Positions 24,848 to 32,000 of a DNA stretch of 32,000 nt are shown here, piece after piece; within the stretch, counting starts at the first letter, position 1, and each line of letters begins with the position of its first letter. Source of the stretch: Cupriavidus necator. Lineage in GTDB: Bacteria > Pseudomonadota > Gammaproteobacteria > Burkholderiales > Burkholderiaceae. Position numbers and translations under genes: made by a program. Below the pieces are notes generated by a model, which saw only the letters and a list, made by a program, of their open reading frames with translations, was not told the origin of the DNA and searched no databases. Location of the stretch: contig NZ_CP066019.1 of assembly GCF_016127575.1 (NCBI RefSeq), positions 1,920,001 to 1,952,000 on the forward strand, read 5' to 3'.

Positions 24848-25039
24848 TCAAGCGGACTCTCCCTGCGGCACGCCTTGCGGCATTGGCCTGTTGCCCTGAT
24901 CTGGAAGATTGCAATAGGCATTAGCTGCACGAGCGCACGCCACACCGTTTTCGCGCGGGCGCTCCCCCGCATATGCCACCGTGGCGCTCGCCACGATCAG
25001 CGCGACAGGCAGGAGCCGATTGCACAGACTGACTTTCAT
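24848..25039 (-). CDS. Possible small secreted protein (63 aa) immediately downstream of emrB
   Basis: The ATG at 25039 lies 14 nt after the emrB stop. The peptide MKVSLCNRLLPVALIVASATVAYA/GERPRENGVACARAANAYCNLPDQGNRPMPQGVPQGESA has a signal-like N-terminus and a mature part with two Cys. Third-position GC is lower than in neighbouring genes, and I recognise no family. Confidence 0.3.
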   Translation of the reverse strand: MKVSLCNRLLPVALIVASATVAYAGERPRENGVACARAANAYCNLPDQGNRPMPQGVPQGESA

Positions 25040-25052
25040 GGTCGTTCCACAA

Positions 25053-26651
25053 TCAATGCGCGTCTGCCGACGGACCCTTCGGCGCTGCAACCTTGCGCAT
25101 CAGCGGCACCATGGCGGTGGCGATCGCGAAGCAGACCAGGATCAGCAGGAAGATGTCGCCAAAGGTCTGGGTCTGCGCCTCGCGCCAGGCCAGTCCCCAC
25201 AATTGCCTGAGGGCGGCGGTCTGCGCATCGAGGGCATCGTGCCCGACCGCGACGAACTGGTCGCTGATCCCTTGCAACAGGTTGCCCATGGCTTCATTAC
25301 GGATGTTCAGGTGCTCTGCCTCGCGCAGGAAGTGCAGGTTGCCGCGGTTGTTGAGCGCGGTCGCGCAGGCGGCGATGCCGATGGCCCCGCCCAGGTTGCG
25401 CATCAGGTTGAACAGCCCGGACGCAAGCTTGAGCCGCTCCGGCGGCAGGCTGCCCAGGGTCAGTGTCACCGTGGGCGCCACCGCGAACTGCTGGGCCATG
25501 CCGCGCAGCGCCTGCGGCAGCAGCAGTTGCGCCGCGCCCCAGTCGTGCGTGATGGGCGCGAAGTACCACATCGACACCGCGAACAGCCCCAGGCCGATCA
25601 TCATCAACCAGCGCAGGTCGACCCGGTTGGCCAGGAAGGCATAGAGCGGGATCGATGCCATCTGGAACACGCCCGTGGAAAATACCGCCAGCCCGATATC
25701 GAGCGCGCTGAAGCCGCGCACGCGCCCCAGGAACAGCGGCGTCAGGTAGATGGTGGCAAAGATGCCGATGCCGGTGACAAAGGAGAAGAAGCAGCCGAGC
25801 GCGAAGTTCCGGTCCTTGAGCGCGCGCAGGTCCACCACGGGGTTGGCATAGGTCAGCGTGCGCCAGATGAAGCCCACGCCCGACAGGCCGGAGATCCAGG
25901 CGGTGGCCAGGATCACGTCGTCGCCGAACCAGTCCCAGCGCGGCCCTTCCTCCAGCGTGTATTCGAGGCAACCCAGGAACAGCGCCATCAGCACCATGCC
26001 CAGGTAATCGGCACCGCGCACCAGCGACCAGTCGGGCCGGTCGATCTTGACCAGCAGCGGCACGGCGATGGTGACGAAGATACCCGGCACCAGGTTGATG
26101 AAGAACAGCCAGTGCCAGGAATAGTGATCGGTGATCCAGCCGCCGATGGTGGGCCCCAGCGTCGGCGCCAGCGAGGCCAGCCCGCCGACCGTGGCGGCGG
26201 CGATGACACGCTGGGGGCCGACGAAGAAGGCAAAGGCCGTGGTGAACACCATCGGGATCATCGAGCCGCCCAGGAAACCTTGCAGCGCCCGGAACACGAT
26301 CATGCTGTTGATGTCCCACGCCACCCCGCACAGCAGGCTGGCCACCGTGAAGCCCGCCGCGGAGGCGGCGAACAGCCAGCGCGTCGACATCACGCGCGAC
26401 AGCCAGCCGGACAAGGGAATGACGATGATCTCGGCGATCAGGTAGCTGGTCTGCACCCACACGGTTTCATCGGCGCCGGCCGAGAGCGCGCCGCCGATAT
26501 CGCGCAACGAGGCGGAGACGATCTGGATATCGAGCAAGGCGATGAACATGCCCACGCACATCGTGCTGAAGGCGAACACCTTGGCGGCAGTGGACATCTC
26601 GTCCGGCATCGCCACGGCGGACGCAGGGGTGGTCAGGGTAGCCGTGGTCAT
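25053..26651 (-). CDS. emrB: MFS DHA2-family (14-TMS) drug efflux permease, EmrB/QacA type
   Basis: 532 aa from the ATG at 26651; a GTG one codon upstream is also possible. FIALLDIQIVSASL...VQTSYLIAEIIVIPLSGWL...FRALQGFLGG is typical of EmrB. Its start overlaps the emrA stop. Confidence 0.9.
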   Translation of the reverse strand: MTTATLTTPASAVAMPDEMSTAAKVFAFSTMCVGMFIALLDIQIVSASLRDIGGALSAGADETVWVQTSYLIAEIIVIPLSGWLSRVMSTRWLFAASAAGFTVASLLCGVAWDINSMIVFRALQGFLGGSMIPMVFTTAFAFFVGPQRVIAAATVGGLASLAPTLGPTIGGWITDHYSWHWLFFINLVPGIFVTIAVPLLVKIDRPDWSLVRGADYLGMVLMALFLGCLEYTLEEGPRWDWFGDDVILATAWISGLSGVGFIWRTLTYANPVVDLRALKDRNFALGCFFSFVTGIGIFATIYLTPLFLGRVRGFSALDIGLAVFSTGVFQMASIPLYAFLANRVDLRWLMMIGLGLFAVSMWYFAPITHDWGAAQLLLPQALRGMAQQFAVAPTVTLTLGSLPPERLKLASGLFNLMRNLGGAIGIAACATALNNRGNLHFLREAEHLNIRNEAMGNLLQGISDQFVAVGHDALDAQTAALRQLWGLAWREAQTQTFGDIFLLILVCFAIATAMVPLMRKVAAPKGPSADAH

Positions 26652-27757
26652 CACTGCACCTGCTTGCCTGGCTGCGTGTTGACCTGGGCGATCACCGACA
26701 GGCCCGGGCGCAGGACCCCAAGCCGGGCATCCTGCTCGTCCAGGCGGATCCGCACCGGCACGCGCTGGACGATCTTGGTGAAGTTGCCGGTGGCATTCTC
26801 CGGCGGCAACACGCTGAACTGCGCACCGGTGGCCGGCGCCAGGCTGGCGACGTGGCCATGGAAGACCCGCCCCGGCAGCACATCGGCTTCAATTTCGACC
26901 GGCATGCCGGGGCGCATGTGCGCCAGTTGCCCTTCCTTGAAGTTGGCGTCCACCCACAGCCCGCTGGCCGGCACGATGGACAGCAACTGGCTGCCGGCAC
27001 CGGCAAAGGCGCCGACGCGGGCGCGCCGGTTGCCCACGGTGCCGTCCACGGGCGCGCGCAGTTCCGTATAGCCAAGGTTCAGCTTCGCGATGTCGCGCTC
27101 GGCGGTCGCCTGCGCCAGCGACGCCTGCGCCTGCTGCTTCTGCGTGCCGATCACGTCCAGCTGGCGCTGCGCGGCCAGCAGCGCCGCACGCGCCTTCTCG
27201 CCATTGGCCTGGGCCTGCTTGTAGTCCGAGTCAGCCTTCTGCGAGCTCTGGATGGAGACAGCCGCCTTCGCCACCAGGCTGGCGTAGCGCACCTGGTCGT
27301 CGCGCGCCCGTACGGTGTCGGCATTGGTGGCCGCGATGCCGGCCTTGGCCTGGGCGATGACCGCCTCCTGCAGGCGCGCGGTGGCATCCAGGTTTGCCAG
27401 CAGTGCCTGTTGCGCCGCCACGGCGCCTTCGGCCTTGGCCAGTGCGGCGCGGTAGTCGCGGTCGTCGATACGCACCAGCACATCGCCCGCGTGGACCGTC
27501 TGGTTGTCCGTCACCGCGACTTCCGCGATGTAGCCCCCGACCTTGGCGCCGATCACCGTGACATCGCCGCCGACGTAGGCGTCGTCGGTACGCTGCAGGT
27601 GGCGAGCCGATGTCCACCAGTGGTAGCCGTATCCGATTGCGGCCAATCCGGCCACAACCAGCGCGCCGGTCGCCAGCAGCCGCCTGGGGCTGGCCTTGGA
27701 TTTCGAAGCGGGAACGGGTTCGGTACCCGCCCGTTCAGTCAGCGTATTACTGCTCAT
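26651..27757 (-). CDS. emrA: HlyD-family periplasmic adaptor (EmrA type)
   Basis: 368 aa. One N-terminal TM helix, then TDDAYVGGDVTVIGAKVGGYI...GDVLVRIDDRDY (lipoyl-like), a long coiled-coil and a beta-barrel. AAGGAAG RBS. Confidence 0.9.
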   Translation of the reverse strand: MSSNTLTERAGTEPVPASKSKASPRRLLATGALVVAGLAAIGYGYHWWTSARHLQRTDDAYVGGDVTVIGAKVGGYIAEVAVTDNQTVHAGDVLVRIDDRDYRAALAKAEGAVAAQQALLANLDATARLQEAVIAQAKAGIAATNADTVRARDDQVRYASLVAKAAVSIQSSQKADSDYKQAQANGEKARAALLAAQRQLDVIGTQKQQAQASLAQATAERDIAKLNLGYTELRAPVDGTVGNRRARVGAFAGAGSQLLSIVPASGLWVDANFKEGQLAHMRPGMPVEIEADVLPGRVFHGHVASLAPATGAQFSVLPPENATGNFTKIVQRVPVRIRLDEQDARLGVLRPGLSVIAQVNTQPGKQVQ

Positions 27758-27841
27758 GGCACTTCCTTTCTGCTTTCAGGACTTATCCCGCCTGCGAGGC
27801 GGCATGGGTGGAGGGTTCGGTAGGGTTCGGGATAGTTCGGG

Positions 27842-28330
27842 TCAGGCTTCGGCCGAGCGGTCCAGCCGGCGCCGCAGGCCGTCGGTAGCCGCCGGCCCGG
27901 GGACGATGTGGAAATCGGGGTCGGTGACGGGGCGGCCGCTGGCGGCATCGACCAGTACCGGCTCGACACGCTCGCCAGTGAGTCGGTTGACGAGCTGCAC
28001 GCTTTGGCCCTCGGGCGCGAGATGCTTGTTGGCCCAGGCCAGCATGGCCAGCAGGACCGGGCGGAAGTCATGGCCGCGCTCGGTCAGGATGTACTCGGAA
28101 CGGGGCGGGCGGTCGCAGTACGGGCGGCGCTCCAGCAAGCCGTCCTCGACCAGCGAGTTCAGGCGGCGGGTCAGCATGTTGGGGGCGATGCCCAGGTTCT
28201 GCTGGAACTCATCAAAGCGCGTCACGGCATAGAAGGCTTCGCGCAGGATCAGGACGCTCCAGCTGTCGGCAACGCAGGCCAGCGTGCGAGCGATGGGGCA
28301 AGGCGTCTCAGCAAGCGGCTTTCTCTGCAT
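27842..28330 (-). CDS. HxlR (MarR/DUF24)-family transcriptional regulator, copy 2
   Basis: 162 aa, the same length as the copy at 17587-18075 and alignable to it without gaps. Same CPIAR...SWSVLILREAF motif, plus an extra Cys at residue 19. Located 84 nt upstream of emrA on the same strand. Confidence 0.9.
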   Translation of the reverse strand: MQRKPLAETPCPIARTLACVADSWSVLILREAFYAVTRFDEFQQNLGIAPNMLTRRLNSLVEDGLLERRPYCDRPPRSEYILTERGHDFRPVLLAMLAWANKHLAPEGQSVQLVNRLTGERVEPVLVDAASGRPVTDPDFHIVPGPAATDGLRRRLDRSAEA

Positions 28331-28365
28331 GAGTGGCTTCCTCCGAAATTGTGGTTGCTATCAAA

Positions 28366-28403
28366 TTGAAAGTTAGTCTAGAGTAGTAACTATCATCATG
28401 CAA
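28366..28403. promoter_or_regulatory. Overlapping divergent promoters and TAGT-N-ACTA palindrome, copy B
   Basis: Plus strand: TTGAAA (28366-28371), 19-nt spacer, TATCAT (28391-28396). Minus strand: TTGCAT (28403-28398), 17-nt spacer, TAGACT (28380-28375). The palindrome TAGTAACTA is at 28384-28392. Confidence 0.5.
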
Positions 28404-28452
28404 GTTAGTTTTTGGCTTGTGCTTTATTCGTCGCTGTTGAAAGGTGTCCGTC

Positions 28453-29931
28453 ATGCCCCAAAGTCCATTCCGCCCCCCGCTCCGGCGCACCCGCGCCGGT
28501 ATCGCCCGCCTCCTGCCCACCCTGCTTGCGGCCAGCGCCGCGGCCGCCCTGGTGGCCTGCGCGGCCGGCCCCGATTACCACATGCCGGCCTCGGACATGC
28601 CCGCGGCCTACCCGCACGCAGCGGCGCTGGACGCCCGCGAGGCCACGCAGCCCGCGCCGTCACTGGACAGCTGGTGGCTGGGCTTTGACGATCCCACGCT
28701 GACGCGCGTGATCCAGCGCGCGCTGGAGCAGAACCTCGACCTGGCGGCGGCGATTGCGCGGGTCGACCAGGCCCGCGCCGCGGCCAGCCACGCCGGCGCC
28801 GAACTGCTGCCGCAGGCATCGTTGTCCGGCAGCGTGGCCAGGCAGCGCCAGTCGCTGGAAGGGCCTTTGGGCAGCCTCGGCAAGAACGCGCCGGGCTTTG
28901 AGCGCAACAAGACGGTGTACAGCGCTGGTGTGGGAGCAAGCTGGGAGATCGACGTGGCCGGCGGCCTGCGGCGCGGCGCCGAGGCCGCCAGCGCGGAGGC
29001 CCAGGCCGCGGAAGCCGAGCACATGGGCGTGCGCGTGCTGGTAGCCGCCGAAGCGGCCGATGCCTACTTCCGCGTGCGCGGCGCGCAGCAGCGCATCGCC
29101 ATCGCGCAACAGCAGGTGCGGACCAATGCAAAGCTGCTCGAGCTGGTGCAGCTGCGGCTGGCCGATGGCATCGGCGCCGAGCGGGAACGCGCGCAGGCGG
29201 AAGCACAGCTGGCACAGACCCGCGTGACCATCCCGCCGCTGCAGATCGAACTGGAGACACAGCTGAACCGGCTCGATGTATTGATGGGCGCGCATCCGGG
29301 CACCTATGCCGCTGAACTCCTGACGCCGACCGAGCGCACCGCCGTGCCGCAGATCGCCGTGGCGCAAGGTCCGGCCAACCTGCTGCAACGCCGCCCGGAC
29401 GTGATTGCCGCGGAGCGCCGGCTGGCGGCATCCAGTGCCCGCATCGGCGTGGCCACTGCCGAGTACTACCCGAAGCTGTCGCTGTCAGCGCTGCTCGGCT
29501 TCGAGAGCCTCTCCGCCGGCAAGCTGTTCACCGGGTCCGCCTTCCAGCCCGCCGCGATCGCGGGACTGCGCTGGCGGCTGTTCGACTTCGGCCGGGTCGA
29601 TGCCGAAGTGGCGCAGGCCAAAGGCGCCAACGCCGAAGCCCTGGCCACCTACCGCAAGGCCATGCTGCGCGCCACCGAGGACGTGGAAAACGCGATCATC
29701 ACGCTGACCCAGCTGGAGTTGCAGGGCAAGGAGCTGACCGTGGAAGTGGCTGCCCACGCGCGCTCGCGCGGCGCCGCCGAGGACGCCTACAAGGGCGGCG
29801 CGGTCAGCCTGTTCGAAGTGCTGGAGGAAGACCGCCTGCTGCTGGCCGCGCGCGACCAGCAGGCACGTGTGGGCGCCGACAATGCCCGCGCGGCGGTGGC
29901 AACGTTCCGTGCGCTGGGGGGTGGCTGGTAA
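28453..29931 (+). CDS. Efflux transporter outer-membrane factor lipoprotein, NodT family
   Basis: 492 aa from the ATG at 28453; a GTG at 28444 is also possible. Lipobox LVAC followed by AAGPDY. The two-repeat alpha/beta-barrel architecture and the C-terminal FRALGGGW are typical of this family. Confidence 0.92.
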   Translation: MPQSPFRPPLRRTRAGIARLLPTLLAASAAAALVACAAGPDYHMPASDMPAAYPHAAALDAREATQPAPSLDSWWLGFDDPTLTRVIQRALEQNLDLAAAIARVDQARAAASHAGAELLPQASLSGSVARQRQSLEGPLGSLGKNAPGFERNKTVYSAGVGASWEIDVAGGLRRGAEAASAEAQAAEAEHMGVRVLVAAEAADAYFRVRGAQQRIAIAQQQVRTNAKLLELVQLRLADGIGAERERAQAEAQLAQTRVTIPPLQIELETQLNRLDVLMGAHPGTYAAELLTPTERTAVPQIAVAQGPANLLQRRPDVIAAERRLAASSARIGVATAEYYPKLSLSALLGFESLSAGKLFTGSAFQPAAIAGLRWRLFDFGRVDAEVAQAKGANAEALATYRKAMLRATEDVENAIITLTQLELQGKELTVEVAAHARSRGAAEDAYKGGAVSLFEVLEEDRLLLAARDQQARVGADNARAAVATFRALGGGW

Positions 29932-29947
29932 CGTAGCGGGCGGCGGC

Positions 29948-31252
29948 TCAACCCACCCTGAGCCGCGCCTCCAGGCCACCGCCCTCGCGATTGCGCAGCG
30001 TCAGTGAGCCGCCGATGGCCAGCGCAAGCTGGTGCGCAATCGCCAGGCCCAGGCCGGTGCCGCCGGTCTCCCGGTTGCGCGATGCCTCAAGCCGGACAAA
30101 CGGCTGCAGCACGGACTCCAGCTGCTCAGCCGGGATGCCGGGCCCGCGGTCGAGCACGCTGATGGTCACCGCGCCGCCGTCCTCGCGGTGCACGCTCAGC
30201 TCCGCCGCCCCGCCGAACTTGAGGGCGTTGTCGGTCAGGTTGGTCAGGATGCGGCGCAAGGCGTGCGGGCGCGTGTCGAGGGTGCCGCCGGCACGCTGCA
30301 GGATGGTGACGGCCTTGCCGGTGTCCTGGTAGTCGTAGACCAGGCTCTCGACGAACGAGCCGATGTCGATCCGCGACGGCGTCTCGCCATCGCCATGCAT
30401 GGCGCGCGCGTAGGCCAGCCCCTCCTTCACCAGCGTTTCGATCTCGGTGAGGTCTTGCACCAGCTTGCGCTTTTCCTCAGAGTCTTCCGTCATTTCTGCG
30501 CGCAGCTTCATCCGCGTGATCGGCGTCTGCAGGTCGTGGGAAATCGCGGCCAGAATCTGCACGCGCTCCTCGACAAAGCGGGCAATGCGTTCGCGCATGG
30601 CATTGAATGCGCGCGCGGCGCGCACCAGTTCGGTGGGCCCGGTCTCGCCCAGCGGCTGGGTCCTGGCATTCGGGTCGAGCGCGTCGGCGGCATTGGCCAG
30701 CGCCACCAGCGGGCGGATCGCCAGGCGCACGCCAAGCCAGCAGCACAGGATCAGCAGCAGCAACTGGATAAGCAGCACATAAGGCAGCCATTGCGCGACC
30801 GGCGTCGGCTTCGGATGCACGTCGATGGTCAGCGGGCTGCCATCGCTGAGGGTCAGGTGGGCCTGCATGCGCTTGCCCTGGCCGGGGATGGACTCGACCC
30901 TGACCGGGAAGCGGCCGCCGCTCGCTTCCATGATCCGGTCGGCAACTTCCGTGGCCTGCGCGGACATCTCTGGCACGCCCGGCAGCCCCGGCCCCAGGAT
31001 GTATTGGTAGGCGCCGCGATTCACGTGGCGCAGCCACTGCGGGCGCTCCGCCGCGGGCAGGCGGTCGAGGATGGCGATCGAGGTGGAGACGTCGGTCTCC
31101 AGGGTGCCGAGCATGACCTTGCGCGCGGTAATGTAGCGCTCGGCAAACAGTACGCCGAACGACAGGCCATGGGCGACGATGAGGCCGGCCAGCAGGATCA
31201 GGAACAGCCGCGCGCCCATCGTACGGGGCCAGGGCAAGGCACGGAGATTCAC
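29948..31252 (-). CDS. Sensor histidine kinase (EnvZ-like: 2 TM, HAMP, HisKA, HATPase_c)
   Basis: 434 aa with a GTG start that overlaps the response-regulator stop (GTGA). Contains the H-box ISHDLQTPITRMKLRAEM, the N-box LTNLTDNALKFG and the G-boxes DRGPGIP...GGTGLGLAI. Confidence 0.9.
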   Translation of the reverse strand: MNLRALPWPRTMGARLFLILLAGLIVAHGLSFGVLFAERYITARKVMLGTLETDVSTSIAILDRLPAAERPQWLRHVNRGAYQYILGPGLPGVPEMSAQATEVADRIMEASGGRFPVRVESIPGQGKRMQAHLTLSDGSPLTIDVHPKPTPVAQWLPYVLLIQLLLLILCCWLGVRLAIRPLVALANAADALDPNARTQPLGETGPTELVRAARAFNAMRERIARFVEERVQILAAISHDLQTPITRMKLRAEMTEDSEEKRKLVQDLTEIETLVKEGLAYARAMHGDGETPSRIDIGSFVESLVYDYQDTGKAVTILQRAGGTLDTRPHALRRILTNLTDNALKFGGAAELSVHREDGGAVTISVLDRGPGIPAEQLESVLQPFVRLEASRNRETGGTGLGLAIAHQLALAIGGSLTLRNREGGGLEARLRVG

Positions 31253-31992
31253 TGGCGTGCCTCCCGGATCTCCACGGGCGTCGAGAAGACATAGCCCTCG
31301 CTGCGCACGGTCTTGATGTAGCGGGGCTCGCGCGCGTCGTCCCTGAGGTGCTGGCGCAAGCGGCTGACCAGCAGGTCGATCGAGCGCTCGAACATTTCCG
31401 CTTCGCGGCCCTGCGTGAGGCTGAGCAGCTGGTCGCGGTTGAGCACGCGCTGCGGATGGTCGACAAAGACGCGCAGCAGCCGGTATTCCGCGCCGCTCAG
31501 CGCGACGATGACGCCATCCTGGTCAATCAGGTGGCGCGCGGTGGTGTCGAGCTGCCAGTCGCCAAATGCAAGCAGCTGCCCCGCCTCGGTGATCTGCAGG
31601 TTGGGCGGAAGCATCCGGGTCCGCCGCAGCACCGCCTTGATGCGGGCCAGCAGCTCGCGTGCGGCGAAAGGCTTGGCAAGATAGTCGTCGGCGCCCATTT
31701 CCAGGCCGATGATGCGGTCGGTCTCGTCGCTGCGCGCGGTCAGCATCAGCACCGGGGTGGCCTTGTGCTTGCCCGCCCGCAGTTCACGGCACAGCACCAG
31801 GCCATCGTCGCCCGGCATCATCACATCCAGCACGATCAGGTCGACGCTGTTCACGTCCAGGAACGACCGCATGTGCCGCCCGTCAGGCACCACGGTAACG
31901 CGCAAGCCGTTCTTGGTGAGGTAGGTTGAGACCAGTTCACGGATTTCGCGGTCGTCATCCACGATCAGGATGTGGTCGGTGTGTGCTTCCAT
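31249..31992 (-). CDS. OmpR-family response regulator
   Basis: 247 aa. The receiver domain (ILIVDDD...LDVMMPGDDG...GADDYLAKPF) and the winged-helix output domain (RYIKTVRSEGYVF) are closely colinear with E. coli OmpR as I recall it. Confidence 0.92.
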   Translation of the reverse strand: MEAHTDHILIVDDDREIRELVSTYLTKNGLRVTVVPDGRHMRSFLDVNSVDLIVLDVMMPGDDGLVLCRELRAGKHKATPVLMLTARSDETDRIIGLEMGADDYLAKPFAARELLARIKAVLRRTRMLPPNLQITEAGQLLAFGDWQLDTTARHLIDQDGVIVALSGAEYRLLRVFVDHPQRVLNRDQLLSLTQGREAEMFERSIDLLVSRLRQHLRDDAREPRYIKTVRSEGYVFSTPVEIREARQ

Positions 31993-32000
31993 CGGCGTCA

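Larger units (their letters stand above)
27842..28430. repeat. Copy B of the 589-bp hxlR + control-region duplication
   Basis: See copy A (17587-18175). Offset 10255 nt, no indels. Confidence 0.85.

Noticed and set aside
1-32000. Mobile elements, prophage or integrase genes, CRISPR arrays, tRNA/rRNA genes and toxin-antitoxin or defence-system-like gene pairs.
   Set aside because: I saw no transposase, integrase or Cas-like ORFs, no regularly spaced direct repeats, and no cloverleaf-like or rRNA-like segments while reading either strand. The only long repeat is the hxlR duplication.

Overview
High-GC window that looks like a Burkholderiaceae accessory or secondary-replicon region (Cupriavidus/Ralstonia-like; this taxonomic call is my impression only). 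It is densely coding, with about 32 protein genes. I saw no tRNA or rRNA genes, CRISPR arrays, IS elements or integrases.

Gene content, left to right:
1. A truncated LysR gene and a stand-alone BPL_N (biotin-protein-ligase N-terminal-like) gene.
2. A tightly packed minus-strand operon: MFS transporter, DUF1445 hydro-lyase, fused KipI/KipA (PxpB/PxpC-type) protein, and fused biotin carboxylase-BCCP. A divergent GntR regulator sits upstream with palindromic operators.
3. An orphan exported Cys-rich/Pro-rich membrane protein.
4. A redox/electrophile-type gene set: nitronate monooxygenase, DJ-1/PfpI, FAD disulfide oxidoreductase, LysR, SDR and ABM monooxygenase.
5. A short remnant of a NodT-family outer-membrane-factor (OMF) gene.
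6. A thiolase, MaoC dehydratase and PanE-like reductase operon headed by an HxlR regulator, plus a divergent enoyl-CoA hydratase.
7. MarR and GlxA regulators.
8. A MAPEG protein and three exported alpha/beta-fold hydrolases, two of them epoxide-hydrolase type.
9. A second hxlR followed by emrA and emrB, with a divergent NodT OMF.
10. An EnvZ/OmpR-like two-component pair.

Most noteworthy observations:
- The biotin-dependent KipI/KipA module lacks PxpA and is paired with DUF1445 and a solo BPL_N protein.
- A gapless 589-bp duplication carries hxlR together with its promoter/operator region. One copy may have had its efflux genes replaced by a thiolase cassette, leaving the OMF remnant behind.
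- A 12-bp perfect palindrome, TTCGCATGCGAA, occurs upstream of both marR and the convergent enoyl-CoA hydratase gene.

All functional calls come from reading the translated ORFs for motifs. No database search was possible.
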